IMG/VR virus record: IMGVR_UViG_2747842506_000001
Coordinates: 16,081-80,080 of that record
Length of the DNA stretch: 64,000 nt
Strand: one strand, 5' to 3'
Source: a virus
Taxonomy: Duplodnaviria; Caudoviricetes
Notes under the pieces: generated by a model
What the model was told of the DNA's origin: nothing
Database searches by the model: none
What the model saw: only the letters and a program-made list of their open reading frames with translations
Made by a program: the position numbers and the translations under genes
Shown: in pieces, positions 1 to 9,375 of the stretch
Numbering within the stretch: the stretch's first letter is position 1
How the letters are laid out: every line of letters starts with the position of its first letter

Positions 1-1
1 C

Positions 2-2008
2 GTCGTCAATGTGCATTCCCAGGTCATGCTGCTGGAAAAGCATCTTCATATTGGCTTCGATTTCCTTGGCGTACTTCTTTGTGTCCGAACCGTACTTTCT
101 GGATTTTTCATACTTGGCGATGGCGTCGTCCAGATGTTCAAGCGTCTTGGGGAGGTTTGTTCCCATGGTTGCCTTGAGTTCCGGCAGGGTTACATTCCCA
201 AACGGGACGCCCCCAGCCGTTCCGCTCTTGATCTTCTTCAAGCGTTCGCGAAGTTCCTTGGCTTCGATTTCAGCCTTTCTTGTTTCGGCCTTCTTCAACA
301 GCTGTTGAAGCTCCGTTCTTGCTGCGGCGTCACCCTTTGCAATCGCGGCGTCCATATCCTCCGCCAGCTTCTTGATGATCCCGGATTTCGGATGCTTGGC
401 AAGAAAGTCCTTGATTTCGTCCACGCGTTGAATGTCGGATTCCCATAGGATTTTCTGTTCCACCTCGCGAAGCGCCTTCTTATAGGCGTCCTGTGCGACC
501 TTCCAGCTGGAATACTTCTTATGGTCCTCCACCCACTTGATTTCAAATTCAAGGTCATGCTTTCGGCTGGAAAGGGAACGGGGCATCCCGTCGAGTTTCT
601 TCTTGACGGAATCATTGACTAGAATGGCTGTGTCATAGTCGAAATCCCTGGCGACCTGGATCGGGTCCTCAAGGTAGGTACAGGCCTTGAGCTTCTTGAG
701 GGATTCCTCCAGCTTGGCGCTCTGGGCTTCCATTTCGCTGTAGGCGCTTTTGCCGCCCTTCTGCAGGGCTTTTTCCAGTTCGTCCTTACCGGACAATCCA
801 TGAAGCCCGTTTGCTTCCTGTAACAGCTTGTGCGCCTCTGTACGGATGGCTGTTCTGCGTTCCAGCTCCTTCCTGATGGCGTTTTCCTGTGAAATAGTCC
901 TTTTTTCATGCCTTTTCTGGGCAATTTCGGCAATTCTGCGCCTGCGGAGCCTTTCTTCCCAGCGGTTTTGGATATCCGCGATCTGCTGGGGCGTCCTTTC
1001 GTGGCGTTTTTCTGCGGCCTGGATGAGCCTTTGCCTGGATAACAGCGTTTCCTGCTCCATTTTAAGCGCCTGCAGCTGTTTTTCTTGCTGGGCGATAGTC
1101 TGTTCCATCTTTTCAAGCTGGACGCTTGCAGCCTCGCTTGCGCTTTGCTGTGGAGGTTCCGGCTGTCTGACCTGGTATTTCCCGTCGATTTCTGGCTCCC
1201 AGGCGACCATGCTGCAACGGCATTGGAAATCCTCGCCGGGCGTTCCGTGGAACATATCCGAGGTTCTTTGGTGTTCCACAAGCCCTTCCGGGGTTTCCTC
1301 GTAATAGACGTCCGGATTGTCGACGCTACAGATCAAACCGTTCATTTTTGCATGGCTGTCGCGTTCGCGCCCGTCCAAGGTTGTCATCCAGACGTAATAC
1401 TGGATTCCGACCTTCCTGTAGATGGATAGGTTTGCCGCGCTGTTGAGCTTTCCCATTTCCGTTCTGGCGATAAGTTCTGCTCGGTGTTTGGTTTCAAACG
1501 GCAATTCCCTGCGAATCGCAGATTCCAGTTGCGATTTGCTCCAGCCTTTCATCCTTGCGTCTGTCGCGAGCCTTGAAATCTTTGCCTTGGCTTCCGTTTC
1601 CGCGCTGATGCAGAGCTGCTGGAAATTGGATTTCCAGGCGTCAAAGATGGACTTTTCCGCTTCCGGGGGGAAATAGGGCTGTCCGACGAGCATCTTGGAG
1701 TATTCGCTGAAATTCCAGCCCGTCTTTACGCCAAGGGCGTCGGCAAGGCTGGAAACCTTCTTGACAAATTCTGGAGAGAGTTCGGTCGTCGCTTTCGCAA
1801 GATCGTCCAGGTCGTCCACAAAGCCCATGAGGGCAATCTGGATATTCTGTTCAAGGGCGCGCGCAAATTCCTCGCGTGTCGCCCTTTGCAGGTCTGCCTC
1901 GATTGCGCTGGGATAGAACTGGTGGGCGCTGAAAATGGGTCTGCGTCCACGCTTCTTCTGTCCGATGCGTTCCACGTTCCTTACGAAATTGAGAAAGCTG
2001 CCTGCCAT
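2..2008 (-). CDS. Phage minor head protein, MuF/SPP1 gp7 family, with long C-terminal extension (3'-partial, runs off window)
   Basis: Missing from the ORF track because no stop lies in the window. Manual translation from ATG 2008 (MAGSFLNFVRN...) is open to base 2. It contains the MuF motifs RAELIARTE, YVWMTTLDGRERDSH and HGTPGEDFQCRC, and directly follows the portal gene. Confidence 0.85.
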   Translation of the reverse strand, partial: MAGSFLNFVRNVERIGQKKRGRRPIFSAHQFYPSAIEADLQRATREEFARALEQNIQIALMGFVDDLDDLAKATTELSPEFVKKVSSLADALGVKTGWNFSEYSKMLVGQPYFPPEAEKSIFDAWKSNFQQLCISAETEAKAKISRLATDARMKGWSKSQLESAIRRELPFETKHRAELIARTEMGKLNSAANLSIYRKVGIQYYVWMTTLDGRERDSHAKMNGLICSVDNPDVYYEETPEGLVEHQRTSDMFHGTPGEDFQCRCSMVAWEPEIDGKYQVRQPEPPQQSASEAASVQLEKMEQTIAQQEKQLQALKMEQETLLSRQRLIQAAEKRHERTPQQIADIQNRWEERLRRRRIAEIAQKRHEKRTISQENAIRKELERRTAIRTEAHKLLQEANGLHGLSGKDELEKALQKGGKSAYSEMEAQSAKLEESLKKLKACTYLEDPIQVARDFDYDTAILVNDSVKKKLDGMPRSLSSRKHDLEFEIKWVEDHKKYSSWKVAQDAYKKALREVEQKILWESDIQRVDEIKDFLAKHPKSGIIKKLAEDMDAAIAKGDAAARTELQQLLKKAETRKAEIEAKELRERLKKIKSGTAGGVPFGNVTLPELKATMGTNLPKTLEHLDDAIAKYEKSRKYGSDTKKYAKEIEANMKMLFQQHDLGMHIDD

Positions 2009-2012
2009 TTCG

Positions 2013-3254
2013 CTATTCCTTTACCGTTACCTTCCAGCTGTGACCGTTTACGAAGATGCTGTCGCGGATGCTGTCCGCGTCGATGGCTCCCATCTGATAG
2101 TAGATGTTGAGCGTTTCGCTCTGCAGTTTCAAAGCCTCCAGTTCCTCCTTCAAGGACATGACGGAAACTGCACCCCATTCAAACTCGCAGCAGGGGGAAT
2201 GACAGTTCCTTTGTGCAAGTTCCTCGATGAGCCTTGCTGCGGGACGGTAGAGGTAGCGTGAGCGCCAGCTTTCCACCAGCTCGCCATAGGCCTTGGTGTC
2301 GCCCTCGTTCGTCTGGGCGAGTCCGGTCGCGCTCTGTCCGAAAAGGATACTCATGGGGATGCGGGAATCCGCGCTGACCATGTTCATCGCCTTTTGCAGA
2401 ATTTCCGGAAGGCCTGCAAAGTTGTGGCTGAGAATCTGGAACTTGTCATTTGCTCCGCTGAAAACGCCCCGGAAGGAACTCATGGATACTTTTACTAGGC
2501 TCATGAGTTCCTGGGCGTCCCTAATACCACAATCCGGCTTTGAAAGCATTTCGTTGAACCCTTCCAGCGAGAAGAGCATGACGCCAGTTTCGGAAGCCAT
2601 GTTTACGATGCTTGCCATGACGTTGGCGAGGTTCTTTAGGCTATGTTCGCAGGATTTGAGGGCAGGGGAACCGAAGAACCTTTCGCGGAGGGAAACTCCC
2701 TGGAGAAGGTCGGGAGCCTTCTTTCCGTGGATCACGGTGCATCTTGAAGGGTGAATGTCCCTGCGCTGACCGTCCAGAAGCGAGACGCGGAACAGGCGTG
2801 GATTGTCGCCCTCAAAGTCGCTGGCCTCCAGCTCCACCTTTCCCGTGCTATAGACTCGGTACTGTTTTACTTTCGCACTTGGGGAGGGCGGGTTGATAAG
2901 GTTTGCCGCATCCAGGTCGTTTTCGTATTCCGTGACAATGAGCGCGCCTCCCGTGAGTCGCTGGTATTCTCCAGCGACCTGTAGCGCCTCGATAAGCCCA
3001 AGGGCGAGACATTCCTTGAGGACAGTCCCGTCTTCGTCACCGATGATGGAAATATCCTGCTTGAAGGCTGTTTCCGGAACGCATTCCACGATTCTTGCCG
3101 CGATACCGTCCTGTACCTTCATTCTTGCAAGTTCCTGGAGGTCCGTTCCGCCATAGGGCTTTGCAAATGTGTCTTCCGTCTTGTCGGTGTCCTTTCGACC
3201 CATTCCTGTGACAAAGTTGCCGTAGGCACCGTCCTGAATCTTCTCTGTATTCAT
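2013..3254 (-). CDS. Phage portal protein (DUF1073/HI1409-like)
   Basis: 413 aa between terminase and MuF; motifs DIHPSRC, RIPMSILFGQSATGL, NEGDTKAYGE typical of this portal family. Confidence 0.8.
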   Translation of the reverse strand: MNTEKIQDGAYGNFVTGMGRKDTDKTEDTFAKPYGGTDLQELARMKVQDGIAARIVECVPETAFKQDISIIGDEDGTVLKECLALGLIEALQVAGEYQRLTGGALIVTEYENDLDAANLINPPSPSAKVKQYRVYSTGKVELEASDFEGDNPRLFRVSLLDGQRRDIHPSRCTVIHGKKAPDLLQGVSLRERFFGSPALKSCEHSLKNLANVMASIVNMASETGVMLFSLEGFNEMLSKPDCGIRDAQELMSLVKVSMSSFRGVFSGANDKFQILSHNFAGLPEILQKAMNMVSADSRIPMSILFGQSATGLAQTNEGDTKAYGELVESWRSRYLYRPAARLIEELAQRNCHSPCCEFEWGAVSVMSLKEELEALKLQSETLNIYYQMGAIDADSIRDSIFVNGHSWKVTVKE

Positions 3255-3268
3255 GAATGATACTCCTG

Positions 3269-4663
3269 TTAGATGAAGCTGACCATGCCGGAGCCTGTCC
3301 CGGTCGATAGGTAGTTGAGCGCCTGCGTGGTAGAGTCCACGCGGTCGTCGTGAGGCGCTGTGGGGAAGGAGACGAGTTCCTCGATGTAGTCGCGAACCCA
3401 GGGGTGTTCTGCATCCTGCTTGGGGATGAACACGTTGCCAGCCTCAAAGAGGGGGCTGACAGCGAAGGCTCTCGCTTCCTTTGAACCTTGCGGAGTGTAG
3501 GGGACGATTCCGCTGATCTGGTTCTTCAATGCGCTTATGATTGCAGGGCCGTTGGCCTTGTCTTCTATGATTTTTTTCAATGCCCTTGGGTGTTTCACTG
3601 TGACCCTCTGCAAAGTCCTTATGCTGGAGACGAAATCCATCTTCTCGCAGACGCAATCGATGAGGTAGTATCGCGCGCCTACCTTTCCCCAGACAGTTCC
3701 CGCCACGTTGTCGCTGGAGGCGCTGTCCGTGAAGGTGAAGTCCCAGCTTTGAATGATCTTGTCGAAAACGGTTGGCAGGATTTCATATTCCTGCAGCCAT
3801 TCCCTCTTGATGATGCTCCCGCCGACTGGTGCGGGATGCTGTTGGTAGAGTGCGTTCCAGTCGTAGCTTCCGACGTTTGCCCGAATCTTCTGGAGCATTT
3901 CCACGGGGTATCTGTCCGGGTGGAGTGCTTCTCCAATCTTTCTGTGGGGTTCGTCCACTTCCGCGATAGCGGGGTAGTTGATTACCGTCCACTGGTCTCC
4001 ATCGCCACGCTTCATGGCATTGAGCAATCTTCCTGCAAGGTCGTCCTCATGCCAGCGCGTCAGCGTGACCAGAACGCCTCCGCCTGGGGAAAGTCGCGTA
4101 TAGGCTGTTGACGTGTACCAGTCCCAAACCCTGTCACGGATCGTGATGCTGTTTGCTTCCTGTCTGTCCTTCAACGGGTCGTCGATACCGAGAATGTCAC
4201 AGCCCATGCCCGTGATACTTCCCCCGATACCCGTACTTCTGAAACTTCCTGTGTAGTTGGGAATTTCGATAAGGTTGGTGGAGCGTGTGAATCGGCTTCC
4301 TCGCGGGGGGAGGTGTACCTTGGGGAAGATTCTATGGAACTCGTTCGAGTCCATGATTCTCTGCACGTCCTTATTGACTCGCTTTGAAAGGCTGTCGCTA
4401 TAGCTGCAGGCCATGAACGAAATGTTCGGATTGACGCCAAAGCACCAGGCCGGAAAATGCTTGGAGACTAGCTGGCTCTTTCCGTGTCGCGGAGGCATTG
4501 TCAGGATGAGGCGCGGACTTTTCCTTTCCATGACGTCCACGAAGAATCCCATGAGCCTTGCACAGATTTCCCTGTGAACCCAGCCGATGCTATAGGTTGG
4601 CATTGTCGCCTTGACGAAGGCGAGCAGGTTGCTTCTGGCAAGCGATTCAATCTGTGGAGTCAT
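3269..4663 (-). CDS. terL: Terminase large subunit
   Basis: Walker A-like MPPRHGKS, GIDDPLKD, TRWHEDDLAG, LYQQHP, IEDKANG, FPTAPHDDRVDS nuclease motif. Confidence 0.93.
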   Translation of the reverse strand: MTPQIESLARSNLLAFVKATMPTYSIGWVHREICARLMGFFVDVMERKSPRLILTMPPRHGKSQLVSKHFPAWCFGVNPNISFMACSYSDSLSKRVNKDVQRIMDSNEFHRIFPKVHLPPRGSRFTRSTNLIEIPNYTGSFRSTGIGGSITGMGCDILGIDDPLKDRQEANSITIRDRVWDWYTSTAYTRLSPGGGVLVTLTRWHEDDLAGRLLNAMKRGDGDQWTVINYPAIAEVDEPHRKIGEALHPDRYPVEMLQKIRANVGSYDWNALYQQHPAPVGGSIIKREWLQEYEILPTVFDKIIQSWDFTFTDSASSDNVAGTVWGKVGARYYLIDCVCEKMDFVSSIRTLQRVTVKHPRALKKIIEDKANGPAIISALKNQISGIVPYTPQGSKEARAFAVSPLFEAGNVFIPKQDAEHPWVRDYIEELVSFPTAPHDDRVDSTTQALNYLSTGTGSGMVSFI

Positions 4664-5099
4664 TTTCGTAGATGCCTAGTTCGCGAGCCTGCCTTCTGAT
4701 TTCACCCAGTTCTTCCGGAGTTGGGATTTCTCCGTTGGCGTCGATCGCGACTGTATCCGGGCAGTCCACCATCTTGTCGAGCATCTTGCGCTTTGCGCGC
4801 GTGAGCTTTGAATCCTGTGTCTCCTCCGCTATGTCAAAGACGAAACGAGCCGCCTTGATGTTTCCAGAAAGTGCCATGCCACTCATGACAGAAAGGATGG
4901 CTGCTCGAATCTGGATCGGCTTGTCGACCTGGATTCCTATGTTCCTCAGTGATTCCTTGAGCTTTCCTTCGCCAAGCGAAAACCTGGTGCCGAGAACGCT
5001 CCTAGCGACCTCGCGCGCCTCCTTGGCCTTCTGCTTGCTCCTGGACGCGGCAAGCCCTCCCAGCTTGCCGAGCTGTCTCATATCCACTGGTTCGTTCAT
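4647..5099 (-). CDS. Probable terminase small subunit
   Basis: 150 aa immediately upstream of and overlapping terL; N-terminal GKLGGLAASRS motif; positional inference. Confidence 0.6.
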   Translation of the reverse strand: MNEPVDMRQLGKLGGLAASRSKQKAKEAREVARSVLGTRFSLGEGKLKESLRNIGIQVDKPIQIRAAILSVMSGMALSGNIKAARFVFDIAEETQDSKLTRAKRKMLDKMVDCPDTVAIDANGEIPTPEELGEIRRQARELGIYENDSTD

Positions 5100-5102
5100 A
5101 CA

Positions 5103-5306
5103 TTAGTCGTTCCTCAAGTCCTTCCACCAGCGCAGAAAATCCGGCCAGTAGATGGTAATGCGTCCGCGCTTGCAACTGCGACGTACTGGCATCCCGCGCG
5201 TATGAATCCACTCATAGACGGTAAACGGGTTGAAGCCGATTTTCTTTGCGACCTCCTTTACGGTGAGGTAGTCCGTTTTTTGTGTTATTTGGTCTTTTTC
5301 AGCCAT
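5103..5306 (-). CDS. Excisionase/MerR-like helix-turn-helix DNA-binding protein
   Basis: YLTVKEVAKKIGFNPFTVYEWI is a classic HTH_17 pattern. Confidence 0.75.
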   Translation of the reverse strand: MAEKDQITQKTDYLTVKEVAKKIGFNPFTVYEWIHTRGMPVRRSCKRGRITIYWPDFLRWWKDLRND

Positions 5307-5345
5307 TGGCTCCCTTCACGAAAGAATTTTTTATATACGGATTCC

Positions 5346-5897
5346 ATGGCTATTACCACATTTGAAGAACTGCGCATGAAGTTCAATGCGCTCAAGCAGC
5401 TGAACGAAAAGACGATTGTCGCTGGCTGGATAGACTCCAACGGCACCGCGCGAAAGGCGAAGCAGAATCTGGACTACCGGAGAAAAACGGGAAAGAGGAC
5501 TGCGGCTCTGCGCGAGCCTCCATCCAATGCGCTTATCGCGAGAACGCTGAATTACGGACGCAAGGAGGGGACAACCCTTGAGGGCGTCCACTATAGCGCC
5601 ATTCCCGCGCGTCCGTTCCTGCGCTTCGCCATGGAGCGGTACAGGGCCTTGATGCCAAAGATCGAACAGAAGTATATCCCCCTTGTGATTGCTGGAAAGT
5701 TCGATATTGATGCCCTATGCCTTGAGCTGGGCGTAAGATTGAAGGACTGCATCACGCTCGCCATGCGCGACAGCGCAAGATACGAGGCGTTGCATGAGGC
5801 TACGCTTATCGCGCGACGCAGGGAGAAGAACGACAGTCCGACGCCCCTCATCGACACTCATCAGCTGATTGATTCGGTGACGTTCGAGGTCAAGTGA
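5346..5897 (+). CDS. Phage neck/virion morphogenesis protein (HK97 gp10-like)
   Basis: Likely start MAITTFEEL (ATG 5346); motifs LNYG, IPARPFLR, PLIDTHQLIDSVTFEV are typical of this structural family. Confidence 0.65.
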   Translation: MAITTFEELRMKFNALKQLNEKTIVAGWIDSNGTARKAKQNLDYRRKTGKRTAALREPPSNALIARTLNYGRKEGTTLEGVHYSAIPARPFLRFAMERYRALMPKIEQKYIPLVIAGKFDIDALCLELGVRLKDCITLAMRDSARYEALHEATLIARRREKNDSPTPLIDTHQLIDSVTFEVK

Positions 5898-6424
5898 TTG
5901 CGGAAAACTCCGCTGGAATGAACAGTCCGAGTCACCATGGAGACGTTCCTTGCGCCTCTTGCTGTGACACAGGCGTGCTTTCCTTCGATGCTCACTTCGA
6001 CGTCCTCTGAACCAGTCGCAAGGTGAATGACCTCGGCAATGTCGCTTCCTATCTTTTCCTGGAGCTGGAGACGCTTTCCCACCATTTCCGCGATACGGGC
6101 GAACTTGGAAAGTCCGAGAACCTTGCCATGGGGAATGTAGCGGATGGAAACCTTCATGTCGTACATGAGCGCCAGATGATGCTCACAGTGGCTGAAAATC
6201 GTTATATCGTCAACCTTGACAATCTGCCCGTCCGTCTTTTGCTTGAAGCACTTGCCGAACTTCCTTGCAATCTGTTCGTTGGTGTAGTTCTGGCCTTCGA
6301 ACATTTCCGCATAATAGTCCGCAACGCGGCGGGGCGTCTCCCGAAGCCCCTCGCGATTCGGATTGTCGTTGAGTGCCTGGAGAAGCTGTCTTACCAGGCT
6401 CTCAATTTTCTTCTTCTCGATCAT
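5861..6424 (-). CDS. folE: GTP cyclohydrolase I
   Basis: REGLRETPRRVA, SHCEHHL, GLSKFARI, RLQLQE, HACVTARG. Confidence 0.95.
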   Translation of the reverse strand: MIEKKKIESLVRQLLQALNDNPNREGLRETPRRVADYYAEMFEGQNYTNEQIARKFGKCFKQKTDGQIVKVDDITIFSHCEHHLALMYDMKVSIRYIPHGKVLGLSKFARIAEMVGKRLQLQEKIGSDIAEVIHLATGSEDVEVSIEGKHACVTARGARNVSMVTRTVHSSGVFRNHLTSNVTESIS

Positions 6425-6743
6425 ATTCCGCGATGTTTCCTTCGCTTTCCTGTACGACGACGCGATAGCAGAACGGCACCTGTTCGCAAATCCATCTTGC
6501 GATGTTTTCCGCAGTCGGATTGAACGGGACTACGTCATTGATGTAGGCGTGGTCCAGCTTCTCGGAAATGCTCTGCTTGATCTGCTTGAAATCCACGACC
6601 ATTCCCTGGGCGTTCAGGGTCTTGCTCTTGCAACAGACCGTAATAATCCAGTTGTGTCCGTGGAGGCCGTTGCACTTGCTTTCGTAGGGTAATTCCAGAC
6701 GGTGCGCGCCTGCGATTTCAAAACGCTTGCTTACCTTGAACAT
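6402..6743 (-). CDS. queD: 6-carboxytetrahydropterin synthase
   Basis: AHRL, CNGLHGHNW, GMVVDF, LDHAYIN, PTAENIA; start MFKVSK overlaps the queE stop. Confidence 0.93.
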   Translation of the reverse strand: MFKVSKRFEIAGAHRLELPYESKCNGLHGHNWIITVCCKSKTLNAQGMVVDFKQIKQSISEKLDHAYINDVVPFNPTAENIARWICEQVPFCYRVVVQESEGNIAEYDREEEN

Positions 6744-7318
6744 TATTCGATTCCTATGAACTTGTGCCATTGAAGTGAAAGAATCCAGCCCGGATTCTGC
6801 TTGACCAGCTCAATACAGTGGTCAAGATTCTCGCGAACAAGATTGTCGCCATCAAAACAGGGGGAAAGGCACATTCTTCTCGCTGTCTTGCATGGGGTAG
6901 GTAACGGTTCGCCAGCCTTTATGACGAAACGAAGCTCGTCGATATTGTCCGGCTCGATCCTGCTTGTCTTGGGGCTGCAAACGATGTAGTCAATCCCTGC
7001 GGGAACTGGCTTTGTGCCGTTCGTCTCGATGGACTTGTACCAGCCTTCGAAGGCCTTGATAAGTTCCGCGTCAAGCTGGAGCGTCGGCTCGCCTCCGCAG
7101 AAGGAGACGCTTCGGCAATTTCCGCCAACTTCCTTTGCCTTTGCAATAATCTGTTCCGCGGTCATTTCCGTGAAAGGTTCATGATCCGTATCGCAGAAGG
7201 GGCATTTCATATTGCACCCGCTGAAACGCACAAAGACCTGCGGCGTTCCCACGCGCTTGCCTTCGCCCTGGATGCTGAAAAAGATTGTGTTTATCCTGTA
7301 GGTCCTAGCCATTTTCAC
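6743..7318 (-). CDS. queE: 7-carboxy-7-deazaguanine synthase (radical SAM)
   Basis: FFSIQGEG, FVRFSGCNMKCPFCDT (CxxxCxxC), GGEP, IETNG, SLQWHK. Confidence 0.95.
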   Translation of the reverse strand: MKMARTYRINTIFFSIQGEGKRVGTPQVFVRFSGCNMKCPFCDTDHEPFTEMTAEQIIAKAKEVGGNCRSVSFCGGEPTLQLDAELIKAFEGWYKSIETNGTKPVPAGIDYIVCSPKTSRIEPDNIDELRFVIKAGEPLPTPCKTARRMCLSPCFDGDNLVRENLDHCIELVKQNPGWILSLQWHKFIGIE

Positions 7319-7973
7319 AGCCTCCCAGTTTCAAAGCGCGTTCGCGCTGTTTGCAGCTGTCGCACTTTCCACAATGGCGGTCTCCATTGTTGTAACAGCT
7401 CCAGGTGTTCTTTTCATAGTCGATTTCGATCTTGCGCCCGGCCTTGACGATTTCAGCCTTTTCCATCATGGAGAAGGGTGCGCGGATACGGACGTTGAAG
7501 GCTGGGCTTGTGCCAAGGTTTGCAGCCTTCTCGAATGCCTTGATGAAGGGAAGGGTGTCGTCATAGTATTGACCGCTTGCAAGCCCGTTGAAGCCTCCGT
7601 AGATTTCGCCTATGCCGTTCACTTCCGCGAACATGACCGCGTAAGAGAGCAGGATTCCGTTCCTGAACTCCACATAGCTTGTGGGTATGGAGGAATCTAT
7701 CTGCTTGAAGTCCCTGTTTACGCTGATCTTCGTCTTGGAAATCAGAGAACACTTGCTTCCGGCAAACCCCAGGTCGATGGAGATAATCTTGTAGGGCTGT
7801 TTCAGTCGCTTCGCGTTCTGCGCGGCATAGGCGATTTCCTTGGATAATGTCTGCTTGTAGTCGAAAATGAGGCAGAAAACCTTCTTGCCCTGTTTCGTAA
7901 GCTGTTCCAGAACAGTCGTGCTGTCAATCCCGCCGGATAGCAGCAACACCGCATCACATTTTGATTTTTGCAT
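7305..7973 (-). CDS. queC: 7-cyano-7-deazaguanine synthase
   Basis: LLSGGIDS PP-loop, SYVEFRN, TWSCY..HCGKCDSC zinc site; likely start MQKSK (7973). Confidence 0.93.
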   Translation of the reverse strand: MQKSKCDAVLLLSGGIDSTTVLEQLTKQGKKVFCLIFDYKQTLSKEIAYAAQNAKRLKQPYKIISIDLGFAGSKCSLISKTKISVNRDFKQIDSSIPTSYVEFRNGILLSYAVMFAEVNGIGEIYGGFNGLASGQYYDDTLPFIKAFEKAANLGTSPAFNVRIRAPFSMMEKAEIVKAGRKIEIDYEKNTWSCYNNGDRHCGKCDSCKQRERALKLGGCENG

Positions 7974-8694
7974 ATTGCATTGCCTTGAACCATTGTTGTT
8001 TGTTGTGGAATCCAAGAGTTTTCTTGTCCTTCTTGAATTTCTTTGGCAGATGGATATTCTTCATGACTCCATCCTGAAAGAGGAAGCAGTTTCCGTACCT
8101 TTCGCCGAGGCTCCAGGTGCTTGAATCGCTGCTGAAAAAGTGGAACTTGCGCAAAAGGGGCCAGTTCGTACAGCCCAGCGCGTGAACCTTCGTGTTGTAC
8201 TTCGCAGCCGTTTCCAGGAAGAAGTGGAGGGGCTTCCAGTCATTTGCCTTGAGCCACTTGCTGGAATCCGTGAATCCGGAAAGCGAGAGCGCGACGTAGG
8301 AAAAGTTTTGGACCATGTCTAGCCAGCCTTCCTTCTTGCGTCCAAGATGCCAGACGGGGATGCTCTGCTTGCCTGTGGCCCGTTCTATGCGGTTTCGGAT
8401 TTCCTTGACCTTCTCGTAGCCCACAATCTCGTCAATATCCATTTCGATATAGTTGTCGATATGCTCGCACTTGATCCAGTCGATATAGGCGTCGATGTAC
8501 TTGTCGTCAATCTTCTTTCCGCTCGCCATGGCTGTGAAGGCGCCACTATCCGCGATGAAGTGGTTAAATTCACGAACGTCGTTGCCCATGAGCGACGACT
8601 TGTATTCAAAGGACGTAAGGATATTGAGTTCCTTCTTGGGGAACTTTGTGTAGAAATCGCCTACGAGTCCATCTGTTGCCATGTGGAGAAGCAT
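7954..8694 (-). CDS. dpdA: TGT-like DNA 7-deazaguanine transglycosylase (DpdA-like)
   Basis: FIADSGAF, IEMDI, IPVWH, VHALG, SSDSSTW resemble the TGT/DpdA core; it lies directly upstream of queC-E-D-folE. Confidence 0.72.
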   Translation of the reverse strand: MLLHMATDGLVGDFYTKFPKKELNILTSFEYKSSLMGNDVREFNHFIADSGAFTAMASGKKIDDKYIDAYIDWIKCEHIDNYIEMDIDEIVGYEKVKEIRNRIERATGKQSIPVWHLGRKKEGWLDMVQNFSYVALSLSGFTDSSKWLKANDWKPLHFFLETAAKYNTKVHALGCTNWPLLRKFHFFSSDSSTWSLGERYGNCFLFQDGVMKNIHLPKKFKKDKKTLGFHNKQQWFKAMQYAKIKM

Positions 8695-9164
8695 TATTTC
8701 TCGAAGCTCTTTCCACAGTGGGGGCAGGTGATTGTCTTGGGCTTCTTTTCCGGATTTTCCTCGTTGGTAAGGAAACTGTCGAAGTCCACGTCCTCGCTTG
8801 GGTTGAAGCCGAACTGTTCGACATCAAATGCGATTTCGTTGAGGAAGGACAATTCCTCATTGAGCTTCGTAAAATCCCAGCCACTAGCTTCCGCCACCTT
8901 ATTGTCGGCAAGTCGGAAGGCCTTGACCTGGTTTGGGGTGAGATCGTCCGCCATGATGCAGGGGATTTTCTCCATTTCCAGCTGCTGGGCGGCGAGGTAG
9001 CGGGTATGGCCGCAGACGATTACATTATCGCGGTCGATGATGATTGGAACCTTGAAGCCGAAATTCTTGATGCTGGCGACAACCTTTTCAATCGCCATCT
9101 CATTGTTGCGGGGGTTATTCTCGTATGGCTTTATGTCCGAAATTGGAACTTCTTTTATATCCAT
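8694..9164 (-). CDS. ParB/Srx N-terminal domain protein with C-terminal zinc ribbon
   Basis: IKPYENNPR, SIKNFGFKVPIIID, IVCGHTR, AFRLADNK; TCPHCG; TAATG stop-start coupling to dpdA. Confidence 0.88.
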   Translation of the reverse strand: MDIKEVPISDIKPYENNPRNNEMAIEKVVASIKNFGFKVPIIIDRDNVIVCGHTRYLAAQQLEMEKIPCIMADDLTPNQVKAFRLADNKVAEASGWDFTKLNEELSFLNEIAFDVEQFGFNPSEDVDFDSFLTNEENPEKKPKTITCPHCGKSFEK

Positions 9165-9375
9165 AAAAATTGAATCCTATGCAATTTCAATTAAATATAA
9201 TGCAATAATAATTGTTTGTAAATAAAATTATTTGCATAGAAGTCAAATTTTTGTGGGTTTACACTCAAAAAAAGAAAACCTAACTTTAGTTAGGTTTTTG
9301 AATGGGGCAGAACTCATTTATAAATCAAATGACTATTGACTATCCTTTGACTATCGAAAAATATCGGAGAAACAG

